Positions 26,321-38,475 of a stretch of DNA of 64,000 nucleotides are shown here, piece by piece (within the stretch, counting starts at the first letter, position 1; each line of letters starts with the position of its first letter). A program made the translations under genes and the position numbers. The stretch is from Glaucostegus cemiculus (lineage: Eukaryota). The stretch is taken from the NCBI GenBank assembly GCA_976551045.1, contig CDPCPM010000215.1:3844001-3908000 (forward strand), given 5' to 3'. Below the pieces are notes generated by a model. It searched no databases, was not told where the DNA came from, and saw only the letters and a list, made by a program, of their open reading frames with translations.

Positions 26321-27579
26321 CGCTATGGCCAGAAGTCCCTTCAGGTCGAGGATCTCTTTCATCCATTTCAGTTGTGGGTGCTGAAGTGACCAATGCGCCC
26401 TAAATGGGATCCCCAGGCTCTGCCACCAGTGGGGAGGTGGTGCATTATGGGACAGATGGGTGGGACCTTCAGGCTACTATGCACATTTTCCCCCCTTGCA
26501 CTTGGCCTTTGCATGCTGCCAGAGAGATCCAGAGTGCTCAGTGCAATTCTGGACATCGTATTCCCATGAGTTAGTAAGGATATTTCACTGGATTGCTGGC
26601 AGACAGCAGTGAATACTGATGGCAGTCAATGGGATTTGGCATGCAAGGGCGATGCTTCAGTCTGAATCAATTCAAGCTCTTCCAATGGCTTTGAAGATGC
26701 ACTCTGAGCAAGTAAAGAGCATTTTTTAGTGTCTTTCGATCTGGAATCATAGAACTTTTCACGTCACCTTGATTTGTGTTCTACAAGGGTTTGAAAATTT
26801 TTTTTACTGTCTAATACCATTTGGATGCTTATCTCCTCAGGCAGATAAAGATGGGAACATTGCTCCCTGAAGATCTTTTGACGTCATGCCCTTCTGGACA
26901 GGCGCATCCTCCCCCTCCTTTGTCAAGTAGGTCTTAACTTCAGGCCCCTCCTCCTGTTCCTGGTCATGCCCACTACCGATGGAGTCATGTTAGGAAAGAA
27001 AACTTCAACATTTGCAGCTTCAATGTGCAGATAAGCTGATGTCAAGGAGTTCAGCTTCAAAATCATCTCCAATACTACTGCAAGAGTAGTCAATGATCCT
27101 TTCAGTGAGTGCTTAATGCAGAGCTGCTTCTGCTCTTCAGACCCAGTGTCTTGAACACAGCCCAGATGTGGCCTCGAAATTTTATTGCATGGCACAACAG
27201 TTTAATGAACGAGGTAGTGCAACTTGTTATTAGTGTGCTGCTAGGACACTCTTTGTAAATTAGATGCAGGTTCTCCAAATGTATGAAGTACATCCACAGC
27301 AAGTTTTGGTTATTTGCCGTAATATCAGACAGAATGCAGTGAACGACTTGGGCCCCGCCCTCTGAAGTGGCCATTTACCAGAGTGGAGACCTGCTTTACT
27401 ATTACTTAAAAGGGCTCAGCTCAGCCTAGGCCAGTATCAGGGACCCCAGGCTGTGTTTAAGTTTTCTTTGTTGATGATTACTCCCACTGCCAACCCCACC
27501 TCAAATATTATCCTCAGATTAATTATCACGACTGCCGTCAAACTTGCTTGCATGAGATTATTGCCGCAACCAATGTTAG

Positions 27580-27876
27580 GATAAGATATCTTTATTAGTC
27601 ACATGTACATCAAAACACACAGTGAAAGGCATCTTTTGCATAGAGTGTTCTGGGGGTAGCCCGCAGTGTTGCTATGCTTCTAGCACCAACATAGCATGCC
27701 CACAACTTCATAACCTGTATGTCTTTAGAGTGTGGGAGGAAACCGGAGCACCCAGAGGAAACCCATGCAGACGGGGGAGAATATACAAACTCCTTACAGA
27801 CAGAAGCTGGAATTGAACCCACGTCACTGGAGCTGTAATAGCATTATGCTAACCGTTACACTACCGTGCCTGCCCC
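27580..27876 (-). mobile_element. V-SINE with Rex1-like 3' tail
   Basis: V-domain gggaggaaaccggagcacccagaggaaaccc, tRNA head at 27800-27876, and tail (on -) catgtgactaataaagatatcttatc. Confidence 0.75.
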
Positions 27877-29149
27877 AGTTTGTTCCAGATGTGCGAAGAT
27901 GGTGCGACCAAATGAGTTTTCAACATGCCTGAGGTCCACTGTAATGTGCTGACCACTAATGGGGCCCTGTGGCACTTGAAAACACGTGACAGACAATTGA
28001 CTAAATTGGCCAGTGTGTTTAAATGTTATGGCTGGCCAGCTCCATATTCTGGGTTTTTAATTCCTTGTCATTCAGTACAACAGGGATAGAACTCTGGTGT
28101 ATCAATGCAGGTTTCATGCAAACCATTTGTGCAGCTTGGATTGATAAAGTGCTGGTTTTACGTTCCATTTCTGTATTCTAAGGAAACCTCAGGCTATATA
28201 TCTAGATTTTCCTTTATTGTCTGAGCTGTTGACAAAGCCTTCTTTGTATTCCAAGTGCTTGCTACAGTGAAGAAGCTCAAAAACTGGTTCAACCTTCATT
28301 TATTTGTCATGAACATTTGAGAGATAATTGGAGAGAAAAACATATCCTGAAGTCATCAAATGCTACATTAATTAACAATAAATTGTCATGTTTGATTTAA
28401 ATGTGGAATCCTTAATTGAAGTGGAGCAGATTATCATACAGTTGGAAACATTTAAGCGGCTGGATTTTTGTACATTTATATGCGATCCTGTGTGGATGGG
28501 GCATAGATTCAATGACAGCAGACTCCCAGACCAATCCATCACTATTCTGTGCTTCACAAGCTGTGTGTGGGGAAGCCAAAATATGGCGTTATTCCTGGTG
28601 TAATTAAGGAACTCTTGTTGACTTTAATATTACTCCAAAAAGGAGTTGAAAACTTTTCACCTCTTTTCAATGTCAGCACAATCTGGTGCAGCCCTGGGTG
28701 GTGAGTCCCAAGTAGAAGAGTTCCAATTTCTGCCTGATATTCCTTTTGAAACCACATCAGCTCCTTTTACTCCCTAGCTCGGTGCAGTGTGAGCAGGTGC
28801 CATCAGGGGATACCCTCTGACAGCGTGTGGAATATCGGGAAAGTTTGCAATAAAAGCTCTGGAAGTTTCAGCTAGGGAAGATATAGCAGAAATTAAAAGA
28901 AAACTTTGAATGCTGTAAACCTGACAGGCTGTTCAGTATTTCTATAAGAAAAGCTTTAAAGTTTATTAGGGTTCTTGAACCTTCAGTAGGAATTTATACC
29001 AATAGATGGATTTTTGGAAATATAACCAGCCCTTGGTGTAACAGACTCCAGAAGTACTCAAAGACCTTGTCAGAAATTCCACATTATGGACATATCTCAC
29101 TAGTTTCTTTTGCTTTATGCTGTCTCTAATGGCTTCTTGGTTAAAGTTA

Positions 29150-29680
29150 TTTTCTGGAATTTAGATATCCCTGGCTATGCCAGTGTTTACTGCCCATTTC
29201 CAAGTGCCCTTGGGCGGCACAGTAGCGTAATGGTTAGCGTGATGCTATTACAGCGCTAGTGATCAGGCTTCGATTCCCGTCACTGTCTGAAAGGAGTTTG
29301 TACATTGTCCCACGTCTCTGTGGGTTTCCTCTGGGTGGTCCGATTTCCTCCCACACTTCAAAGATGTACAGGTACTTAATTTGGGTTTAAAATGGGTGGC
29401 ACGGACTCATTGGGCCGGAAGGGCCTGTAAATAAAATTTATAAAAAATTAAAAGGTGGTGGTGAGCCACCTTCCTGAACAAGTACAATTTCTCTGGTGGA
29501 AGTGTTCCCACATCATCGATGCTGAGGGACTTCCAGGATTCAGAGCTGAATCAGGATGAAGGAGGACCAGTGATACATTTCCATGTCAGGTTGATGGGTG
29601 ACTTGGACATGAACTTGCAGGTGGTGGTGTGTCCATACACCAGTTGACCTTAACCTACTTGGCAGTCAGCATTAGTCATT
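29150..29680 (-). mobile_element. CR1/L2-clade LINE 3' end interrupted by a SINE
   Basis: gccagtgtttactgcccatttccaagtgcccttg continues after the SINE as aaggtggtggtgagccaccttcctgaac; homologous to 22030-22250. Confidence 0.7.
29213..29450 (+). mobile_element. Relatively young V-SINE nested in the LINE
   Basis: tRNA head ggcggcacagtagcgtaatggttagcg...cttcgattccc with CpGs retained, V-domain, gggccggaagggcctg and an A-rich tail. Confidence 0.85.
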
Positions 29681-29799
29681 AGCAAACATCCCCACTTCTG
29701 ACCTTACCATAGAATGAAAGCAGCAGATAATGTGCAGTGAGTTGTGGTCAGTCAGTCATACCTGCTTTGAAGAATTCCATATTATAACACATCCTTATG

Positions 29800-30126
29800 A
29801 CAAGGAAGGCGGTCATTCAGCCCATCAGGTCTATACCAGCTCTCAGAACTATTTTAGCTCTTCACTGTAATCTATCCTCTCTCACATGCCCATTAACTCC
29901 CCATGAATCTTCGGCCACCCACCTACACTAGGGACTATTTACACTGGCCAATTAACCTACCTGCAATTCTTTGAGATGTGGGAGGAAACTAACACACCTG
30001 AAGGAAACCCACAAGATCACATGGAGAACTTGTAATCTCTCTATACAGACAGCACCGACGATCAGGATCAAACCTGGATCACTGGAGATTTGAGGCTGCA
30101 GCTCTACACGCTGAGTTGCCATGCCA
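29800..30126 (-). mobile_element. V-SINE/HE1-like SINE
   Basis: tctttgagatgtgggaggaaac...gaaacccac...tcaggatcaaacctggatcactggag. Confidence 0.75.
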
Positions 30127-31044
30127 TCCAATCCACCCCCAGTTGTGACAATACATTCACTAGGACCGTTAAATCCACTAGGGGTGACAGCAGCCTGCTG
30201 ACAGAGGGCAGCATTGGATAGGTGGCTGAAATCTTGAGCCTTCAGGGGACTAATGGGATTAGAGGGGCGAGGATGGGAAGCGTTGAAAGGCAGGGAAGTG
30301 GAAGGCAGTCAGTGGTTCAGAAGTGCCCCAGGAAGAGAGCAAGCAACTGGAAAGTCAGGAAAGAATGGGGTGCATCAGGTGGAAGGGAAAACCGAGCAGG
30401 GAAGTGGAGCAGGAAAAGAGGGGAGGGGGAAGGGGTGGTGGGGCAAGCAAAAGTAGGTGAGAGGGAAGCAATTGAGAGACGGGATTAGAGGATTTAGAGG
30501 AACAAGGACAGCGTGTTGAGAAGAGCAAATATTTGTGTGTGCATGCCTGTGTCTCGAAGTGCAACTGTGTGCAGTTAGAATCCGAGTAAGTGCCTGTGTA
30601 TTTGTGTGCTAAGCCTGATCTAGAGTCATCTTGGTCTCCCTTGTCACTGGATGAAGACTCATTCTGTGAAGCCCATGTGATAGTTGGAGTGCAAAGAGAC
30701 CACACACAGGAAAATTCCACTCCACAACATGAAGTTCAGGACCTAGAATGTCAGGATCCTCATGGACAACAGCAACAGAGCTGAATGTTGCTCTGCCATC
30801 ATAACTCTGAAGCTTTATCCTCGTCACCACTCAAACACAAACAGGCAGATGGCAAAGCACATGGAACAAGAATGTAAGCAAACCATCTCCTGAAATGGCA
30901 GACCACAGGGTGGGTTTCAAGAGTGAATTAATTTGTCATCTTAGTAACTACCCTATGGGATAAACAAACTCCTCGTGACACTTTTGCCTCCCTATTGTGG
31001 AACTAACATGCTCAGCACATATCCTGTAATCAACAGGCAAGCCC

Positions 31045-31200
31045 TCAGTGGGTCGAGCAGCAACTGTGGGAGGAAAGGAGTTGTCTGTTTGAATGAAAAC
31101 ATTAACTTCTTTTCCTCTTACAAATGCTGCTCGACCCGCTGAGTTCTTCCAGCAGATTGTTTGGTGCTCTGGATTCCAGCATCTGCAGTCTCATGTCTGC
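31045..31200. mobile_element. Palindromic Penelope-terminus-derived element
   Basis: gggtcgagcagcaactgtgggaggaaaggagtt pairs with aacttcttttcctcttacaaatgctgctcgaccc. Confidence 0.65.
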
Positions 31201-33339
31201 AATGCCAAACAGGGGTCTTACTCCAACACTGAGCAACCTTTGACCCAGATGTTAATGGCAGGCTTGCTGATCCTGTTAGTGTTAGAAAGGACACAGCTTT
31301 CAGGAAAGCTGTGATTTGCAGGGAAGGAAAACAAATTGTTAAAATGCATGGAATGTAACCTTGTCATAACCAACATCTTGTCTTGTCAGGGAGACATGTA
31401 CAAGGCCTCATGGTAATATTTCTGATCCAGACATTGGCACCTGTGAGATTACAATTGGAGGACCATAAGGATGTCTGGTTCCCTTAACCAATTTGTAATA
31501 CTGTAGCTTGGGCCCAAATACCAATCCCTGTGGTACCCACTAGTCAAAGCCAATTTGAGAATTACCCCTTTATTCCCACTCTGCTTTCTGTTTAATAATC
31601 AATTCTCCTTCCGTGTCAGTATATTGTGTGCTCTGACCTTGTTAACCAACCTCCCAACGTCAAAAGTACTTCGAAAGTCCAAATCTCCCCTCATCTGTTC
31701 TACTGGTCGCATACTTGAAGAATTCTCACAGATTAGTCAAACATTATTTTCCTTTCATAACTCCATATTGACCTTTTGATCCTATTACTCTTCTCAAGAT
31801 GCTCTGTTATAGATTCTAGCATTTTCCCTTTTGCTGCCAGGTCAGTAGGTTTGTTCCATAATTAAATAGTCGGTGGGGGTGGGGGGAAGGGGTCACATTT
31901 CCTACCCTTTAATCCACCAGAACAATTCTAGAACTTAAGACTTGATAAGAAGTTGATAACGAGAGCATCAATAATACCTAAAGCCACTTCCATGGTGGTC
32001 ATCTACATTGGTCCTTACCCCATAACTACCCTCTCCTCCTTTGAAACATTGCCAAAAATCTACCACTGACAAGCATTTGGCCATCTGTATCATAATTTCC
32101 TTTTGGGGCAAGGCTTTAAACATTGGCTGTTGATTGTTATTGTAGTCTTGCACATGTTATTGTGATACAAGCACATTGTAAATGCAGTTTGGGATTGTGT
32201 AAACAAGTAGCTATGTATTTCTTTTTCTGTAAAAAAAAGGACATATTTACAGTTTCTAAACATGTATGCACGTACATACAGATACATAGGAAATGGAGAA
32301 CTTGTGACATATACTGGGAGTTTTTCCACATCAACCTCGTTTGTGACTCCTGTCTCCTGTGTTGTGAAAGCAATTTCTTTTAAATTTAATAACAAGCAAA
32401 AACATCCTCATATCAATCCCAAGATGCTTTTTACACATCTCCAGGGACAGAATATTCTTCTAGCTATGAAGCCTACCCTTTCACTGAATAAGCTCTCCCC
32501 CTCTCTTTACTGCCACCTTTCCTGTAGATGAAACCATTAATATTAATGCTGCATTGCCATTTAGTTGATATATGGCTTGATTCTTTGTTGATAATCAATT
32601 GAGATCAAGTCTGATACTTCTGTAACCTGCAGAACATAAAACCTCTTGCACATCACATTATGAATTTGGGGAGCTTTGAACAGGGAACAGATTGTTACTT
32701 CTGCACAAAGGAAGAAAAACTGTTGTACTTTGGATGACATAAAGGAAGGAAAGAATTGAATGAAAATAATACTCTGTCCAAGTTTGCAAAGACAGGTCTT
32801 AGTGACATATAATTTTTGAAAGAGGAAAAGGATTCAGGTAGTTTCTTGAAATGCTATATTGCAAAGCAGCTCTCTCTGTACTGAGAGCAGCAGGAAAAGA
32901 TGGTAAAGCAACTTTAAACGGTAATGAAGTCTGTCAGAAGTGTAGTCAGTGGAAGAGGGGGCGGGCGGAAAGAAGGAAATTGAAATGAAAAGATAAAACA
33001 TTAATGAACATAAACAGCAAGGCACATTGTGCTTCTGCTGGCCGGCTGCAAAATTCAGGCAGAAGTGCCAAAGCAAAGTTTGCACAGTTCACTGCACGCT
33101 TTCTAAGTGGAACAGACCAACAGCTTTGTGCTGAGAAGGAGATTAGCTCTGATTTTCTCCCATTCCACAGACACAAACAATATTGAATGTATTGTACAAT
33201 TAAAGGGGAAGTTTTCACTGCCTATAATCTCTGCTAGAAGTTATTGTACTGCTTTGGGCACTGCCGAGGTATCAATCCAGAAGTGGAAGCTGGCACTCCA
33301 CTTCTCCGATGATGATTTGAAGTAATTAATAATACTCAA

Positions 33340-33900
33340 GTAAATAAACATTATTATGCAGGTACAGCAAGCAACTGAAAGAGAAATTATATGTTGGCCT
33401 TCATTGCAGAGAATTTGAGTACAAGAATAAAGACATCATATTGTAATCATGCAAGGTCCTAGTGAGATCACAACTGGAGTGTTGTGTACAACTCTGACCC
33501 CCTACACTGAGGGCAAGTATATGCCACAGAGGAAGTACAACTAGGGATCACCAGACTGAATCCTGGAATGGGAGGGCCTCTATTCACAGGAGTTTAGAAG
33601 AATGAGAGTTAATCTCATTGAAACATGCAAAATTCTTACAGGTTTGACCAGGTAGATGGAAAGGTAATGTTTCCCCTGACTGGGGTGTCTAAAACCAGGA
33701 GTCATAGTCCCAAAACAAGCAGTTGGCATTCACAATGGAGAGGCCAAAATAATTCCTCACCCAGATGGCAGCATATCATTGGAATTCTCTACCCAAGAAG
33801 ACAGTAGATCTTCAGTATATTCAAGGCAGAGGTTCAAGTAGAGGAACAGGTGCAAGTGGCCAAATGGCCTACTTTGACTTCCATTGCATGTGTTCCCGTG
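33340..33900 (+). mobile_element. Decayed CR1 ORF2 3' fragment
   Basis: caggtacagcaagcaactgaaagagaaatt...ctggagtgttgtgtacaactctg (LE.CVQ.W) followed by a CR1 tail. Confidence 0.75.
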
Positions 33901-35739
33901 CCTCCTAACTGCTCTTACCTCCCACTCCACTTAACACTATTTCTTTAATTCGTCCCCGGTAGGTTTTCCGTATCTAGTTTTAGCTAAAAGTTAACTATCT
34001 TTTCTCAAGAAAGGTCTAAGTAAATATATAAAATTAAATGGTACACATATCCACCACAACCTACTATACCATTAAATGAAACCACTGACCATTATGAATG
34101 AGGCAAGATGAATACAGTCTTTTGATGCAAGATCCCATGTAAAATAAAAACACGTCTCTCTTTCAGGCACTACTTTGTACCAGTCTCCTTTGGTGGTAAT
34201 TTCTGTTCCTTCCTTTAGATTAAAAAAAAAGCAATATTTTTTCAAGAAAGAATGATCCAGAACAATGTATTGCTAGTCTAAATATTGCTAGTCTAAAAAG
34301 TCTAAATATTAATTTACAGTGTAAGTTTGATCTGAAAGCCATGTTAAAGATACAAATTGCAACAAATGGATTTCTGCTTGCTCACAGATTACACTTCATT
34401 CTAAAAAATCTATTCTCACTAAGGTTCAATTCCATGCCGTATTCACAATTTAAGCCAAGGAAATGTGCAACTGCTTGAATGTGCATTGTCAGAACTGGAT
34501 GGTTCTTGTTATGTGTGTAGAAACCTTTCCACACTTGTTAGAAAGCAAATAGATAGCATAGTTTCTATTTGTTTGGCATGGGTTTGGTGCTTGGGCACAT
34601 GTAGAACAAGGTTGTGAGATTAATTTGTTTTATGTTTTGGTCTCTATTGAATCAGAAATATTGTAATTGATGTAAAACAGCAGTAAAGTAGTAAATAGGT
34701 TTGTCTCAGAGTTCACTTCCAACAAGTTCTCTCGCAAATAAATTCTGAACCTCTTTAAAAACATTGCTCTACAATGATGGAACATTTGTTTGAAACAAAT
34801 ATTTTAAACAGAGGGAAAGAAATAATTTTCTATTAGTGGCATTAAAAAACTAATATATTTTACAAATATAATCTGTTTCTTCAGCTTTAGGATGGGCCAT
34901 TTTCATGTAAAAACAAGCTCTCCGTTGTGTTCTGGCTAACAACCAGAGATCACTGAATACAGAATTTGAGGCAAACATTCAAGCAGGAAACACAGTTGCC
35001 AAGTTTGGATGTTGATTCAATGGTTGTTTATAACAGAAGATTTAGGAACTGTGGGACTATGAGCTTGAATTCTAAAGTGGAAAGCTGTTTGTGAAATACA
35101 AAGATATAGCTACTTCCATTAGGAAGAGATGTTGCTTCAAGCAAAAGGCTGAATCAGGAGTGCAGGAGGCAGCCACTCAAACATTATAATTGATACTTTG
35201 ACTGGTGTGGGAACTCATCCACTAATTTCAGTCATTCTCCATGATATACCAAGTATTTGCAGAGGGGAGAATCAACTCATTTAGCTCATATTCGATAACT
35301 GAGTGCAGTTTCTCACTGTGATGAGTTAACCAACAAATCATGGACTATCTTTCCCCCCCTCGACTTAAACATAATATACCAAATCTCAGAACTAGTCCTT
35401 GGAAAACTTGGTTCATTCCATCTCAATATTTAGTCTGACCTTTCTAATGATTACCCTTCTATTTTAATCCCTATGGTTTTATCAGCAGAGAGAGCAAGTA
35501 TCATTCCCAAGCATAATGAAATCCTACAAAAAGAATCTGAAAGCTTTTGGACTTCAATATTTCAAGGGTGGTGAGGAAGAAGGGGCAACAGCTTTATTTT
35601 AGTTGTGACTTGGACCATGGACCCTGGACCCAGATTTATAATGATTTACAATTTACTGAGATCCTTCTATGCAGTTGCTGAATTTCAAGAATAAAAATTT
35701 CACTGGAAAAACAAAAAGGAGACAATATTATGAATAAAT

Positions 35740-36190
35740 AGGCAAGGCAGTGAGAAATAGAAGGAAACCAACATTTCTTTGGAACCTTTCACAACTTCAG
35801 GGAATCCCAAACTCTTTTGGACACAGTGAGATATCCTTGTGCATTTTATGTTTTAATGCAGGAAACTGTAAGAAATAATTTACCCACAACAATAACTTAA
35901 CCCAAACAGTAATGATATTAATAATCAGATCATCTGTGTAATAGTTTTGGTAGAGGAATACATGTTGACTTGAAGACTGAGAAGAACTCCCCTGCTTTTC
36001 TTCAGGATCGTGCTTTGGGAACATTTCTATCCTCTTAATTGAGCAGGCACAGTCTTGATTCAAAAATGGCATTTCCCATTATACAACACTCTCTCGGCAT
36101 AAGCACTGGAATGTGTTGTGGGTTCTAGGGTGCATTTTGAAACAATGGCCTTTTGACTTGTAAACAAGAGTGTTACCAGCTGTGTTGACA
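35740..36190 (-). mobile_element. SacSINE1/DeuSINE-like ancient SINE
   Basis: Homologous to 21505-21970 (gagaagaactcccctgcttttcttc...gccttttgacttgtaaacaagagtgttaccagctg). Confidence 0.55.
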
Positions 36191-36394
36191 TTATAAAAAG
36201 GTACCTGATATTCTGAAATAAAAACCACAGACTTTGAAAGGTTGACTTTACAACCACATGGACAAGTCGCACTCAATTTACCACTTAGCAATAATTGTTT
36301 GGCAAGCAAACAGAGCAGAAGAAGGCTCTATGTTGAGTTTTGCAGGACTGAACACCAAGAACACAGGAGTAGAAGTATAGATTGTTGGCTTAGA

Positions 36395-36560
36395 CCATAA
36401 GACATAGGAACAGAATTAGGCCATTTGGCCCATTGAGTCTGCTCCACCATTCAATCATGGCTGATTTATTTTCCCTCCCAACCCCATTCTCATGCCTTCT
36501 CCCTGTAACCTTTGACAATCTTTCTTATCAAGAATTTATCAACCTTCACTTTAAATATCC
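36395..36560 (-). mobile_element. CR1 3' tail
   Basis: accataagacataggaacagaattaggccatttggcccattgagtctgctccaccattcaatcatggctgat. Confidence 0.85.
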
Positions 36561-37099
36561 CCCTTTTACAGCAGGACCTTGCAGTGATTTTAACTTGTGG
36601 ACATCAACAACATTCTGCTGGACAACCTTACTCCAGAAGTGGGCAAGAAGTGACTGACAGTGTGGAAAATTCAGAATTATTTGGTCACATATTCACACTC
36701 AGATTGGAGCAGGGGACAGTTTCTGGATAGAGGGTAAGCAGTTGGGGGGAGGGGTGTGTGTGGGTGGAGTGCCAAATGAGTGGACTTTGGGGAAAGGCCT
36801 AAATTTTCTTCTATTGCTGGAGACTCGCCATCTTCCTTATTGATTGGTCTTTCTAAAGCTTTCTGATATCAGGTAATATAAATAGGACATGCTGGCAACA
36901 AGCGTGGAAACAGAAAGCTAATATTTGTCAGTTTGTCAGAACTGGGCAAGAGAGAAAACAATATTCCCTGCTCAGCGTCCTAACACAAACAAGGGAACAA
37001 TGGGATCCACGTCTACTTAATTAAACACTCCAGTGATCTGGCCTGAAAATGTGGTTGAAAAAAAATCACATGCCAATGATGTCAACTAAATGAAAAAAA

Positions 37100-37541
37100 C
37101 AGTAAAAAAATGTTAGAAAGCAGTTACGGTAGGGGGTAAATGACAGAGAGACCTAGAATTCACCCCTCAGCCTTTAGTGTTTGCAACAGACGAATTGTTC
37201 GTCTGCAACTTGTTGATATGATTTTTTAGCTTGTAAGAATTGTACTTGTATTTGGAAATCCTTTGTAAGTTACAAGTTGTTAAGAGTTACTTATTTGAAT
37301 TAAATGTGTCTCACTGAAAACGAAATAAACTGTGTTTAAACTGCTTCGTAAGCTGGAAGCATCTTCTCCTTGATTGGGAGGTGGGACCCACCGCTCGAAA
37401 TAGTGGATCATTAACAGCTAGACCTTTCCATACAGTATAATCTCTCTATAGTGAGAGGACTCGTAGATCCTTATGCCAGATAGAACTTAAAGCCTTGACT
37501 TAAGTTTAGAGCTCTTGGATGGTACCCTCAATATCATCACA
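37100..37541 (+). promoter_or_regulatory. Putative 5' LTR remnant (R-U5)
   Basis: Ends in CA at 37540-37541, 2 nt before the PBS. It has AATAAA at 37324-37329 and an 8-bp hairpin cagacgaa/ttcgtctg at 37187-37205. The start position is a guess. Confidence 0.55.
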
Positions 37542-37543
37542 GT

Positions 37544-37561
37544 TGGCACCTAAAGTGGTCA
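37544..37561 (+). promoter_or_regulatory. Primer binding site, tRNA-Lys-like (degenerate)
   Basis: TGGCACCTAAAGTGGTCA versus the foamy tRNA-Lys1,2 PBS TGGCGCCCAACGTGGGGC: 12 of the first 15 nt match. It lies about 95 nt before the putative gag ATG. Confidence 0.75.
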
Positions 37562-37655
37562 CGCTTACTTTGAATAAAATAAAATAGAAATAATTATTTA
37601 GCAGTATTCCAACTCAGAGCACTTAAAGTGTTAAGACACATCATCTCGTACTATA

Positions 37656-38475
37656 ATGGCTAATATCCTAGTTCTAGCAGTTGTACAAGCAAATGCTGGT
37701 CAGTATTATGAATATAATATTAGGTCAGCAGAAATATGGGATGATACACCCAATGCTCCTCAAATTGATCATAATGAATATGTTATTTTTCAAGTCAGAG
37801 ACTGGAATGATGATGGAGTAGAACACTGAGTAGGATGTAGACTAGATAGACCGAATCCTGCTTTAATACCTACAGGACTCAGACCATCGCAATTTGTAAC
37901 AGATCTCAATAATGCAGCAATAATTCATGCCTGGAGACAACAAATTGGCCCATTTCAAGCTCAACCCTCGGATCACTCACAGTCACAGCGTCCCCATACC
38001 CCCGCTCCTCATCAGGGATGAGGTAATCAATAACCTAGACAAATGTCTTAGGGAATACCTGCCTCCGGCAGGTACATTCACCCACAAACTAGATGGCTGG
38101 ACATGAGTTATAGACCGAGACCTTTACCCCCAACCCAATTCTTTGAGCAACAAGGCATTAGACCAAGTTAAATTTGGTCTAACTAACACTCTCTGAATGT
38201 TATTTCTGTCTCATTTTGAGACATAAATACCATTCAGAGAGCCTGTTGATATTATGAAGGCAAATACGAAACTGACAAGGCACCGTGGGGTACAGCTCAT
38301 CATTCACAACCATCGGAACATGTAAAAGGACAGGACTCACCCCAAAAATCCATTCCCTTCCCTAGAACACAGGGAAAACAGAATGTAAAGAGGAAAAGCC
38401 AACGTTAATGTGATTGAAACAGAACAGGAGAATTTTAGCCATGACCCTGACCTAAATGCCCCATCTCAGGAATAG
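37656..38475 (+). pseudogene. gag: gag pseudogene, apparently internally deleted
   Basis: ATG at 37656 opens MANILVLAVVQANAGQYYEYNIRSAEIWDD...VIFQVRDWNDDGVEH*VGCRLDRP...RQQIGPF, followed by a P/Q/R-rich region. Two early stops are TGA, consistent with CGA decay. The C-terminus KANVNVIETEQ..SQE* is in another frame. The call rests mainly on position between PBS and protease. Confidence 0.6.

Larger units (their letters stand above)
23550..27500. mobile_element. Possible second decayed Harbinger element
   Basis: Minus-strand TTLAVVLEMILKLNSLTSA (about 27035-27090) resembles the Harbinger transposase ALPVAVKVTAALNF..SG segment. The + side has a composition and splice-acceptor layout similar to 13400-15100. 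Confidence 0.3.

Noticed and set aside
37508-37516. GAGCTCTT, identical to the start of the PFV R region
   Set aside because: It lies only about 30 nt from the PBS and downstream of the AATAAA, the wrong place for an R start; likely chance.
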